This document shows, one piece after another, positions 25,368-38,900 of a stretch of 64,000 nt of DNA. The translations under genes and the position numbers were made by a program. The notes below the pieces were generated by a model. That model was not told where the DNA came from and made no database searches. It was given only the letters and a program-made list of their open reading frames with translations. The stretch is from Podarcis cretensis (lineage: Eukaryota), in contig OX638152.1 of the NCBI GenBank assembly GCA_951804945.1, positions 72,602,001 to 72,666,000 of the forward strand. Direction: 5' to 3'. Every line of letters begins with the position of its first letter. Within the stretch, counting starts at the first letter, position 1.

Positions 25368-26904
25368 CTGCAAAAAGGGAGATCAAGAAATGCCATTTGT
25401 ACCGTTTTCAGGCAACACATAAAAGCCTGAAAGCTAGTTTCAAGATTCTGATAAAAGTGCAAACAGTTGACTTTTCAGTGCCCAGGGTAACTAGAAGATG
25501 AGCTATGTATTAATACAGAGAATAGAGTAGCTCAGGTTACTTGAGGAGTCTCCTTGATGTGCACAGATTGTTTGGTCTGAGTAGCAAAACTGAAGCATTT
25601 CCCCACACTAGGATTCTAACAATGTGAGGGAATGGAGGGGGGGTGCTCCCTGGTCCCCCACCCTCTCAAGGAGACTCCCTGTGCTATTTAGAACTTGGAT
25701 CTTCTAGGGCTTGTATATGAGTAGAAATTGCACAGTGGAGAATGCTCAATGTTGCACAAGTTCAGTCCTCAAGGTATGGAAGGGATGAGTGCAAAGAGTA
25801 AAGCAGAATGGGCAGAGCCAGGCAGCAGCTCCCTGACTTCCATCCTCACATAATTGGAATCACCCAAAGGAGAAGAGCATCTGAACAGAGCTAGTGTCTC
25901 ATAGCAAGTGTAAGCAAGCCGTAATTTTGGCTCCCGTCTTCCAAATACTTTGCTGTCATTCCCACCATACTGGACGTGTATCCCATTCAGAAATTTTCAG
26001 CTTCTTGGCTCTTCCCTTGCTCCCATGGCTCAGAATGCCTTCAGGTGCTTCATCCATTTCCCCTCCCCTTTTCTTCTTTTAAAAACAGAACAAAATTAGC
26101 GGATCATGTTGCTATTTGTCTGTACAGATTATCTTATGAAGATGCCCATTCCAAAATCACTGCTCTCAGATCAGAATGCAGAAATAAACATTGCCTCCAA
26201 AAGGTATATACTCATATTTACCATTTTCACTGTTTCCTGGGGAGTTGGGTTAAAAGTGGGCTCTGGAGAAGATTCACTTGGCTCAGCAATGTGGACCTCA
26301 AGACTGCCTTCAGCTTTCTGTACAGACTGATAAAAATAAAGTGCCTGTTTTACTGCTCATTCAGAAAAGAAGAGATCAGTTTTTATCAAAGCCATTATGG
26401 AGCCTGACCCATATCTTTAAATACATCATCACTTGGTCAATCATTTCTTTTTGGGAGTGGCTGCCGGGACCACATAAAACCGGTTCTGAGAGATCTGCAT
26501 TGGCTCCCAGTATGTTTCCGAGCACGTTTCAAAGTGTTGGTGCTGACCTTTAAAGCCTTAAATGGCCTTGGTCCTGTATACCTGAAGGAGCGTCTCCACC
26601 TCCATCGTTCAGCCCAGACACTGAGATCCAGCGCCGAGGGCCTTCTGGCGGTTCCCTCATTGTGAGAAGTGAGGCTACAGGGAACCAGACAGAGGGCCTT
26701 CTCGGTAGTGGCGCCCACCCTGTGGAACGCCCTCCCATCAGATGTCAAAGAGATAAACAACTACTTGACATTCAGAAGACATCTTAAGGCAGCCCTGTTC
26801 AGGGAAGTTTTTAATATGCAATGCTGTACTGTTTTTAACACTTGATTGGGAGCCGCCCAGAGTGGCTGGTGAAACTCAGCCAGATAGGCGGGGTATAAAT
26901 AATA

Positions 26905-26959
<55 letters not shown>

Positions 26960-29900
26960 GCAAAGTAGAAGTAACTTACAGGTTCAAAATAAGCTGCAAA
27001 AAACAAAAGGAATAGGTGCAACTAACCTCTTCTGTTGTGATTCAGCTATTCAGAACATCAGTATGGTATGCCGCAACCCACAGAGATGTGTAGTGACCAC
27101 TAACTAACATCCACTCTACCCTACTTATATACAATGAATGGGTGGTATCTCACTAACACTAGGGTTGCCATATTTCAAAGAGTGAACATCTGGACACAAA
27201 AGTTGTTGAGTTTGCCATACGGCCAGATTTTCCCAGACATTAAAGCAATTCCTGCCCAGAAACAGGGCAATGATTGAGAAATTCCAGACGTATGGCAACC
27301 CTAACTAACACAGCAATTTAAATTATAGGGAGTCAATATACACTGGGGTAAATTATGCTGGTGTAATGTACCCCTGTTCCAAACTCCATTCAAGAGTGGG
27401 GTCACTGCTGGTTGAGCCAGCCCAAGCCTGGCAGAGGGAGAGCAAGCCTTTAAAATAGAACTTGACTTACATGACCCTTTTCACCAGCATTGCTTCCTTT
27501 CAGTTGCTAGATCACATGACCAAGCTGAACTGAGTTTGGAACAGGAATAAGTCTCCACCGGCCCTGTCCTCTTTTCTCCCTTCCATAACATCTCTTTGTT
27601 GAGCTGGATGAACTGGAGTGGAAGACTTACAATGGTGCATCTCCAGGCTGAGCCAAGACTTTAACCAGATCAGCCAGAGATACATCTACTCCAAACTCAG
27701 TTTGTCCTGGTAGACCTTGGGTTTGTATTGCTCCCTGGCAAAGCAATCTGAAATATAGGAAACCAACTCAAATTATGCCAAGGTAAACACTCCCATTCCA
27801 AACTCCCTTCAGCAGCAGGGCTACTGTCATTTGAGCAGGCCTGAGCCTGGCAGAGGGAAAACAAGCCTTTAAAATAGTTGATAAGTCATGTGACTGAGCT
27901 GAATGAAGTTTGGGGTGGGGTATTTCTCCCCTTGCCCATCCTACCACACCACTTTTGGGGGACTTAGTTTGGTCTTGGCTTAGCCCTGGCTGAGAGATCC
28001 ACTTGTTCCAATCCCTCACTGAGGACGTTCTTGGGTTTGGATTGCTTAAGATTCCAGCCAGAGTCACCCTAAAAAATCCTCATTTTTAAATGGGGTTCCT
28101 CAAACTTACTTAGCATGCATCATACCCGGAAGTGAGCAAACTTTTTTGGAAGCCAAACGTCCAATGCATCTTATATGGCTTCTGATTGAGTGCAGGAAGC
28201 TCCTGCGGCCAATCGGAAGCCGCGTCTTGGTTTTCAGATGGACTTCTGGAATGGATTTTGTTGGAGAACCAAGACACAACTGCAGTTCCAATGACTGCAA
28301 CATAGCATGTTGTCAAGTAAAAGTATTAAGGATTAAACTGAATATAGTTTAATAAGCCCCATCTCTGCTCTGGAGAGAAGACACTGTTCCCAAAAGTAGT
28401 CAGAAATGGAGTTCCTCGCTCTGAGGCTGCGATCCTACTGGGAAGAAAACCCCAAGTGAACTGAATGAGGTATAAGCATGCTGTTAGTATCACCAGGCTT
28501 CTGTGTCTTGTCCTAAATCCTTTAAGGACATCCCTCCCCCCTCAGATATGTGCATCTACAAGGCTCAAACAAGAAGCAGAAAACTGATGAGAGGAAACCA
28601 CAAGCATACTAATGCTGCTGCTCTCTGTCTGGTCCAAAGCCACTCATTTTAAAACAGAAAATAACATTATAGTAAGTTATTTACAATTGAAATTCTAATT
28701 TCATTGCTTTTCCAATGGAATCCCACCCCCTCAGATTTTAAGCATACTCATGCCATATATAGTTGGGAGATAAGCTGGCACAATACTTTAAATCAATTTT
28801 AAATACTTGGAAGCATCATGATATTTTTAGAATTAAGTTTACTATAACTAATTAGCAGAAATAAAAAGTACTTACCTTTTTGGCAAATAACTCATCAGGT
28901 GAGTTTGCAACTGTTTCAGATACATGTTCCTCATTTGCTGGCAAAGAACTGCTAGTGGCAGGATTTCCTCTTTCCAATTTACTTTCATCACTCAAGTTTG
29001 GCTAATAACAACAAAAATTAATGTAATTTTGGAAGTTCTTCATCCATGAAAGTTCCTATGTTTGTACTCCACGCATTTTAAATATTCTGTCTCCTTTTCC
29101 GCTACATTTCACTTTTTATTTATTTTGACAGTTGTCATTCTATTACCACTGCTAACAACTATATTATATGCAGATTGCTATTCTAATGTAGCTCAAATTC
29201 TCCTTTAAAATGTGAATAGTTTTGCCAGGCAGGGAATGGCAATGCACATTCAAACACATATCCCAAGAAGTGCTTTAGGTGTGCCTGAGGGATGCATGGC
29301 AGTGCGGGAGGCGATGTTTGCCCATATTCCTCCCCTTTTTCTTTGAACACACCCCTGTGGTATATAACAAAAGTTCTTGCGGGTTCAAAAGCCGTTTTTC
29401 ACAAAGCAAGGAAACCAAACCAAAAAGCTTCCCTTCCAAAAAAATTACCTCTTCTCTCTGGATTTGTGGCTCAGAAGACTCCTGTGTTTTTTCCAGTAAT
29501 GGCAATACATCAGAACTGTACGTTGTCCACCAGAGTTGAAGGAAACAGAGCTGACTGTTAGATAATGAGGATGAACCGTCTTCTATCACTGTTCCTGTCT
29601 GAGGATTGTATTTATAGTTCCATGGCTTTGATGGTCCCAAGAAGTGGACTACCTTTGCATCTTTGCCAAAACTACAAAAAGGACACATATAATCTTAAAA
29701 ATGAGTTTATATTAAGCCCCATTTTTAAAAAAGTAAATGCAAGATGGTTCATCTCTGCCAAGGCATTGCAGAACTTTTTATTTATTCATTCATGGGTATA
29801 TAGTTTTTTTAATAATAATAAAAAAATCCAGTGACTCATAGCAATTAAAATTCAATACACAGCACCACTGCAGGAGCTAAACATAAGTGAAAATAGAACA

Positions 29901-32900
29901 GGCCCTGGCTTACAAATACATAAGTGTAGAGGAGGGAAATCAGGTTGATAATTCCAGTACTAAGTAAGATGTGAGTTGATAACAGGCATTTGCATCTAGC
30001 TGGGGCCAGAATGCTCTTCCTTTGCTACTGTTCTTGCTGAGATGGAGATGTTGCAAGCACTCAGCAGGCCTTGGTCCTCTGCTTGGTGGGAAAGGCCTCT
30101 GTTGTCACACCAGCAGCAGTGCTCTTGTTGGGTGGGAGACTGAAAGCAGCTCACTGTCATTGAACCAATGGCTGAAGTCACCCTTGCCAGAAAGTGGCCT
30201 CTTGGGAAGGAGATGAGCAGCCTTCCAGTGGCCAGTGACAAGGGTCAGAGTGCCCTTCCCTTCATCTCTGCAGTCATAGGCCAACTGACAGCAGGAATAA
30301 TGTCCTTGCTGGTTGTGGGGGGGGGGGGGAGAGAGAAAGTAAACTCCTTGCAAACTGCTCATTAGACAACAGGAGCATGAACTTGACAATGCACTTGGGA
30401 GGACAAGGAACAACTAGAAGGTGTTACCATGTTCAACATGGGAGGGGGATTTTGAATTATGGCCGGAAGCCATGGCTGATGAAGGCAGGATGGACAGAAT
30501 GATGTTTAGCAAGATGCCCTGGAAACACATCAGTCTCACTCATCCTGTTCCATCACCTATGGCCTCTTCTAAGTGTAAAAGGCCTTCCATTCCATAACAC
30601 ATCAACAAGGAGGGATTCTTGCACATTTAAAGCAAAAGCATCCCATCAGTACCTGGTAGAGAATTTTGGTTTTCCGGTTGAGCATTGCATGGGCTGTCTC
30701 ATTTGCTTTTCTGTTGTTCATCAAGCGAATAGTTGCAGAATTAGGTGTTTATATTTTATATATTTATTATATATTTGGTGCATAATTTAGGTGTTTGTAT
30801 TTTTGCATGCTTAGGGGTGCCATTGCTTCTTCCAGATTAAACAAACACGGCAGTCAAACTATTCCAAGCTGATCACTGGTTTTGTGTAAACATAATGGTC
30901 AGAAACAGCAAGCTGAATGTTTTTGCCATATAAATAAATTGACCAGTTGATCACCATATTTGGGACCTACATATATATATACTGATAGGAATGCTATGTA
31001 TGATACAAGGTGATCAGTAGCTTCAGAATAGCCAATTACAGTACCGATTTCCTAAATCAGGCTTGCTTTTGAAACTGTTGTGACACATTGCAAGGTGTTG
31101 GACCAGATGATCCTCAGGGTCCTTTCCAATTCTATGATTCTACGAGAGGTTCAACACCTATATATGATCTTGGTTGTAAGCAATCTTGTGTTGCATGTGT
31201 GTACATACATCCCATTATCAGCTATGACGAAGAGAAACCTGTGAGCATATGTCTTTAGAAGAGATTTTTTGCCCATGCAAGGGTCTGCCACTGAGATTTC
31301 AGCCCTAGAGTATGGGAGACATTCACCAATGTATTATAGAGAGAGGTACATTCCTGTACTTACTATTGAAAAGCAGGGGCATAGGTGTAGACAACACTGC
31401 TGCTTAGATTATAGAGAAATGGCAAGTGTTTGTTAATGTCTGTTGTTGCCCAGTTGTTGAAGAAACTGTTTAACAATCCCTGATCACCTCCTAAAGTATT
31501 GAAAAGAACGCATAACATAAACAACCATTTCATCTTCAAACCCAAACTTACTCATGCCAAATGGTACTGACAATTGGTTTTGACCACCTGCCCAAATTTT
31601 TAATCAGTTTCTGAAACTGGTGTTTCTTATTCCTTCTTCCCGTTTTTACATGGCATGCTATATTTGGGGGGGGGGGGGACATCACCAAGAGGAACTTGTG
31701 GGCTTCCAGCTGATGCCTGACTCCAACTTCCATTATTCCTGACAACTGACCATGCTTGCTGAGGATGATGGGAGTTGGAGTCCAGCAATATCTGGAGGAC
31801 CACAGTTTCTCCATCCCTGTACATTGCTCTTTATGGAATAGTAGAGCTATGAGAACGAAAACAACAGCCAGCACTGAAAATGCCAACAGTTTATGGGGTG
31901 GCTTTATTATTAGCCAACTTCCCCACCCAGCAAATAGTAGCCGGTGAAGCCAAAGTGGGGGAAGGTACTTGAGACACCATGACACAATCTAATATGAACT
32001 GCTAGATGATACAGGAAATGGGGAAAGCTGTATATATGAAAGCCATTTACAGTAGCAATTGCTGTTTGACGGTCTTTCCTGTCTCTTTTTGGTAGCATCT
32101 ACTTCTGAACTTTCATCCTAGCTTGCCATTTCAGAGATCAGTGGCCTTACTAAAGTGTCCGCATCCATGAAAACACATTGGCTGTAGTAAGGGTCCAGCT
32201 CCATCAAAAGTTCACATCGTCAAAGAACTTCACCAACGCGGACCTCACTCAAGCAGAACCAGGAAGGGGAGCAGGTCAGTGAACTTACCATCAAAGCTGC
32301 CATGTTCATTTGCAAACTGCAGGAGGAGGTTGTAGGTTTTCAAAGAAGGTTTGAAAACAAACACACCACTGTTAAAGCAGTCTGGCCAGCCAGAATCTGG
32401 AGCTGCTGAGAGTTCTTCCCGGTCAAACAGCTCGTCAATATTGCACAGTACCTAGAAAAGACGTGGTATGTTGGAATCGTAGCCGATCCCCCTACTATAC
32501 AAATTTCAGGGATTCAAAGCTCTTTCTTAGCTGTTTTGTCTTTATCAACCGGCTATGTCATCTCCTACCATTCACCACTCCCCTTCAGCCCTGCAATCAG
32601 CATCAATATGAACACACCAGTGTGTTGCTTCTCACATTGGAAATGATGGGAGACACTTTTACATGTACTACGGGACTGCTAAGCATTCGTGGTTTCCCAT
32701 CTCAATAACAGAATAGAACATTCTACACCCTAAAGTGTGTAGATATAGCTTTAGATACAGATAGCTGGTGCTTTATAACTGTACTGACATTCTGCACTGA
32801 ACAATGAAGTACAGATTCGCACCTACAGTGTACATATATTATTCATATGTATGTGCTATGCAAACATACCGTATTGGCCTGAATATAAGCCACACTTTCC

Positions 32901-35900
32901 CCCCAATTTCCGACTGTGAAAAGTTAAAATATGGCTTATATTCACAACCTTATTGTATGCAGCCAGGAGCATGGGGCAAACAGTGCCAGGAGCGCGGCAA
33001 AGAGGTGCCCGCCCCGTGCGTAGTTCCCCATCCTCTCCCCCAAGGCAGGGAAGGGAGAGAGCGAGGAAGGGGAAAGGCCATTGTCAATGCAGTGTGGCTT
33101 CCCCTGCCCACCCAGTATGCAGCCAGGAGCAGTGAGGAATGGAGCAGCTTATATATAGGTATTTTTCCTTTCCCCCCCCCCACCCCCAATTTTAAAGGTG
33201 TGGCTTATATTTGGGTGCTGCTTATATTCGGGCCAATACGGTATTTACAAACCTACACAGGATTTCCCCCAACCCACATATGAATCTATTCCATTGAAAT
33301 CCCACAACAATCAACAAAAAGGTCACCAGTAACTGAAAGCAACATGGCAAAACTTTCTTTTTCTCACTGGTGCTTCCCTTACCAATGTGTCTGCATCCAT
33401 GAAGGCACATTTGCTATACTGAGTAAGAGTCCAGCAATGAAGTTTGGTAAAGGTTACACCCAGTTCCAGTCTCTCCAGCAAAGCCAAGTTCATAGAGTCA
33501 TTGCTGTCAATTTCATTCACATCCACCACTGTGTCAAATATGGTGTTGAGGGCAGCCCTGACAAAACAAGTAAAATACAAGATTGGGAGCCTTGAGACAT
33601 CTCCTTTTGCAAGAAATGCAGTACAGGGTTTCTGACATTAAACTGAACTGAGAACAGCAGCTGGATTTTTAAAAACAACTACAGGCATCTCCACACTTAC
33701 ACGTGTTTGATTTAAACTGCCAAAAGGTGCCAAAAGGGCAAAATCAGCCACAAAGAGTGGGAAAACTGCAAAAAGTGATGTAAAAAGTGGGGGAAATGGC
33801 TAGCAATTCCTGGAGACTTTGCAACTGCAATCCCATAAGCCTTTGCACTGACCTGGTAGAGAGTTGAAGTTTGAGAAAGGAGGTACCTCTAAATCATAGC
33901 CAGGTACTTCAGGGTACCGGTCTACCCTCCTTGTTGTCATTTCCACACTGTCCTCCAGAGATGAGGAAGACTGAGAGTCACCTTTGCCACCATTTATGCC
34001 AGTCTGGTAAGTGCAGCTGGTTTTTTAAAGGGTTTTCAAGGATTTCCAGGGGTTTCCAGAAGATGTTTACAGGCGTTCTAAATGGTGTCCCCCACTATAC
34101 ATGATTTCATGTATATATGTGGTACCCGGGAACGTAACCCCCGCATGAGTGAGGAGATGCCTGTAGTATCTACTAGATGCAAGATAAACAAGCAAACAAA
34201 GTCACATTAGAAATATAAGAAAACCCAAAACCAAAATCCACTTCCTATGAACTATAAGAAGCAGTTGCTGATAACTAAGGAGCAGGAGCAAAATGTAAGG
34301 AAACAAGTTAAAGATGCCACGCAAGAACCAAAGATTACAGGTCAAAACCAATCTGACTATTTAAAATGTCAACTAATAATCAAAGTTGATCAGCTATCGT
34401 AAGACTTAGAAGAACGATTCAATATCCATTTCGGTTCAAGCGACTGCCAAGTGATGAGGAATACAGTCGTACCTTGGTTTTTGAACAGCTTAGTTCATGA
34501 ACAACTTGGAACTCGAACACCGTAAACCCGGAAGTAGGTGTTTCGGTTTGCGAACTTTGCCTTGGAAGCCAAACGTCCGGCGTGGCTTCCAGAGCTTCCA
34601 ATTGACTGCAGGACACTCCTGCAGCCAATTGGAAGCCGCACCTTGGTTTTTGAACATTGCGGAAGTCAAACAGACTTCCAGACCGCATTGTGTTAAAAAA
34701 CCAAGGTACAACTGTAACTGAGTAATGATCAATATGTAATGGAGGAACTACCTGTGTTTCCAACAGCAGGCAGCCAGATGCATAGACCTGGAAGCTCAAA
34801 AGCAGAGCATGAATGTTCTCCCCTGCTGCTTGTCTCCAGCATCTAGTAGTCTGATACAAGGACAGCTTCTGAATATCAAGTTCCATTGAGCTGTCATTTC
34901 CTCTGTTTTTATGTTCAGGCATGAGTGCTGATTTTTACATGGCCAAAATGACACCATCCCTGAGCAAGGGAAGGGGGTATCAGCAGGTTCAGGAAAACCC
35001 CCAACATCTGCAGAAAATATGCAGATAATGATCCTATGAAGGAGGGTTCCCAGTACAGCCCATTTGAAGGCTAAATATTCCCAGTGGCCACAGAAAAGTA
35101 GCAGACTGTTAGGGAGGAGAGCAAATGGAAGGAAGGCATGGCTAACACTTGGAACAGTAAACAAAGGCATTTGGTGCTGCAAAATTTTGTTGCAGGTACC
35201 ATTTGGCTTAGTTAATAGCCATCAGCTGTCCTATCCTGCATCATCCAATCCTTTTTAAACCTATTTAAACAAGTGGCTATTGGTACATCTGGCAGGAGCT
35301 AATTCCATAATTTATAGCCAAGTGCTAGACATGTCTACTCAGAAGCAAGCCCCATGGAATTCAATGGGACTTTATCCCAGGTAAGTGTGTATGCCTTTAT
35401 TGCCCACTGGGCAAAAAAAATACTTCCGTCTTATCTAGTCTGAACCTACTGCCAATCGGTTTCTTTGACTAAACCTCAGTTCTTTGTTTCTGATAGGAAA
35501 CAAAACTTCTATATGTAGTTCTTCTAAGAGACCTCCTTTTTTCCTAAACTGTAATAAATATGTTTGTGTTTCCCTACAAAATTTGTCAATAGACGGTGAT
35601 TCCGGTAAGTGAATGAAATGGGAGCTGGGGAGAAACACCACAAAAAAACCTGTTACAAATATTTGGAGAGAATATTGCCCTCTTTGGATGTTCTGTCTGA
35701 ATATGGAAAGGGAGAAGGGAAAATCATAGGGTAAGCCCACCCTCTTGGTGATGCTATGTGCACCAGGCACACTTCCTGCGTTTTTCTGAAAGGAGTTCTC
35801 CTACTCATACACACAGTTGCCAGGAAGGAATGGGAACCCTGATTGACCGCTTACACCATCCCACACTCTAACTGAATGCTGAAATGTTATCCATATCTGT

Positions 35901-38900
35901 GTGCAAATTGGAGTTTGGACTTTTTATGGCTGAAAACCTGTAATGCAGTTCTTTTCTTCATGAAGTCACTGAAGTATATCAGTCTCTGCTTACAGTTCTG
36001 TGCACAAAGTGATCCAAATATAGGACCACAAGAGGAAATCTGTTTTCTAAACAAAACAAAACCTGTTTGCTCACACTTCTGGCCACACATGATTTCATTA
36101 GGAATTAAGCAACTCATTCAACACACTGCCTGCTTATTGTTATTTTGTAATCAGGGTTATGGAACAGAATTTGCATTTACATTTTGAAGATATTCAATTA
36201 ATTGAATCTGAGAGCGTTTCCTCACCTCATTGCACTGGAGACTTGAGATGTAATTAGCACTGCCAGCCTTCGAGATGTTTTATGGTTCCTCAAGGACTGT
36301 CCGAGAACCAGAGCTCCGTGGCAATAAACATCATTGGTAGCAAGGGTCACAAAGGCCTGGTCTGTCACTGTAAACAAGCATTTCAGAGTGGTCCATTATG
36401 ACAGCAGCCGAGAATTAGCTGGGGGCCTTCTTGCCTCATCCTACCAAGCTGCAATTTCTGTAAACGTGTGTTGACTCTACAATTAGCTCTTTTGCTTACA
36501 TAAACCTTTGAGAGAAACAAGTAAATAATTGCATAAGCTAGCAAGGTTTTGCTTCCTATTAGCAGATTGTATGACAACATGTCTCAGATTTTGTTTTGCC
36601 ATAGTGAAAGAGACAATATAGAATTAAGCATAACACATGATGCACTTGTACATAGATTCATGCACACAGAGGCCCACCCATGCAATCTTGGTGCAACTGA
36701 AATAGATGCAAACATATAGGGTGAGCCAGCCTATGAGTGCAAGTGATGGTATGTGAGCTTTGTATCGCACACTGTGGGGAGAGACAGGTGCCTTAATACA
36801 TTTAGGACACTGGTATCAGGCTATGTACACAGAAGCCCTTTGTTTATGGCCATGTGACATCTATTTATGACTTTGCCTATATGCACCCAATGGGCATTGG
36901 GATATTTCTGTGGACTTAAAGTACTCTGCCTTCAAATAATTAATTGCACACCCACTCACCTGTTATGGAACTCCAGTGAATTGCACAAGTTTTCTGGGAC
37001 ATGGGGTGTAGGATACACAGAGAGTTTATGTGATGTACCAGTTTAGCTTGTCAGGCCTCATGGAGGTCTGGCTAAGCAGGTACCACATCCCATTCATACA
37101 AATTACCGCCAGTGCAGCCAGGCCTAGGCCTAAGCTACAGAAAGAGGAGACATTCTCTAAACTGCAACCCTCTCGTGATACTGTACAACCCTGTTGTACA
37201 GAAAGCAAGCAACGTGAAGAGTCTAAGTACCATTGACTCTGTTTTGCTTAATACAAATTCCTCCTTGGAAATGAGCGGGTGCTAAACCTTAAAATTAGGA
37301 ACCAAAACGAAACCTATAATTTCCCTGCACATTTGCAAGGAATCTTCAACTACTGCAACTGGATGTTTATTTTTGAAAGCAGATGTGTTGCTCATCAAAC
37401 AACACTTAGCATGTAAAGAAGGGAAATTACTTCATTACAGACTATTTCTGATTTTGCTTTTGCCAGGCTATGCTCGTGCAAACGGAATAAAACTTCAGGC
37501 ACAATAGAGAAACATACAGGAATTAAATAGGGTTGTTTATATTTACTTACGGGAAACAGGTGAACTAATAAAAACGATACAGTTTTCAGTGCTTTTTAAA
37601 TAAAGGGGGGGGGCTTCATCACAAGAAGGGAGATTCCAACAAAACACCAGGAAGACCTTTCTGGCAGCCTGCGAGAGGCCAAGTTACAGGGAACCAGGCA
37701 GAGGGCCTTCTCGGTAGTGGCGCCTGCCCTGTGGAACGCCCTCCCATCAGATGTCAAAGCGATAAACATCTACCTGACATTCAGAAGACATCTGAAGGCA
37801 GCCCTGTTCAGGGAAGTTTTTAATATGTGGCATTTTAGTGTATTTTTCATCTTTGTTGGAAGCCGCCCAGAGTGGCTGCCAGATGGGCGGGGTACAAATA
37901 ATAAATTATAATTATTATTATTATTTATTATTATTATTATTATTACTACTACTAATACTATTACTACTACTACTACTACTACTACTACTATAGCTGTTCC
38001 ACAGCAGAACAGAATCTGTTAGAAGGTTGTGGATTCTCCATTGGAGGTTTTTAAGCACATGTGATCTAGTTGAGATTCCTGCATTGCAAGGGGTTGGACT
38101 AGATGACCCTTGGGGTCCCTTCCAACTCTCCGATTCTATGAATACAGTGTGGTAATTATCTGCTAGAGAAAGGGTCATAGTCTAGTGGTAGGGGTTTGGA
38201 TGCAGAAGGTCCCAGGTTCAATCTCTGGCTTCTCTAGATAGGACTGGGAATGTCCCCCGTTAAACCCTGCAGTCGCTGCCAGTCCGTGCAGACAATACAG
38301 TGCCATATGGACCAATGGCCGTGTTCTACATAATCTTACACAAACGTATGTTCTGCATAATCTTACGCATACTTATTCAGAAGTAAGCCCCACTGAAATA
38401 AAAGGTAAAGGTAAAGGGACCCCTGACCGTTAGGTCCAGTCGTGACCAACTCTGGGGTTGCGGCGCTCATCTCGCTTTATTGGCTGAGGGAGCCGGCATA
38501 CAGCTTCTGAGTCATGTGGCCAGCATGACTAAGCCGCTTCTGGCGAACCAGAGCAGCACACGGAAACGCCGTTTACCTTCTCGCAAGAGCAGTACCTATT
38601 TATCTACTTGCACTTTGACGTGCTTTCAAACTCCTAGGTTGGCAGGAGCTGGGACCGAGCAACGGGAGCTCACCCTGTCACGGGGATTCGAACCACCGAC
38701 CTTCTGATCGGTAAGCGCCACCCGTGTCCCTCTCCCACTGAAATAAATGTATACAATTCTTTAAAAACCTATTGCATGTACATGTATAGAGAAAGAGTCG
38801 TTCTACATGGCTGAGATCAGAAAAGAGAAATGAAAGAACGTACAGTGGTACCTCGGGTTAAGAACTTAATTTGTTCTGGAGATCTGTTCTTAATCTGAAA

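Noticed and set aside
26761-27107. Poly-Ile / poly-Leu ORFs, also at 49445
   Set aside because: Translations of (TAT)n LINE tails.
27631-27734. Open stretch on the - strand bounded by AG/GT, a possible extra GYG2 exon
   Set aside because: Ends in phase 2 while its neighbours need phase 0, and it lies within a local repeat.
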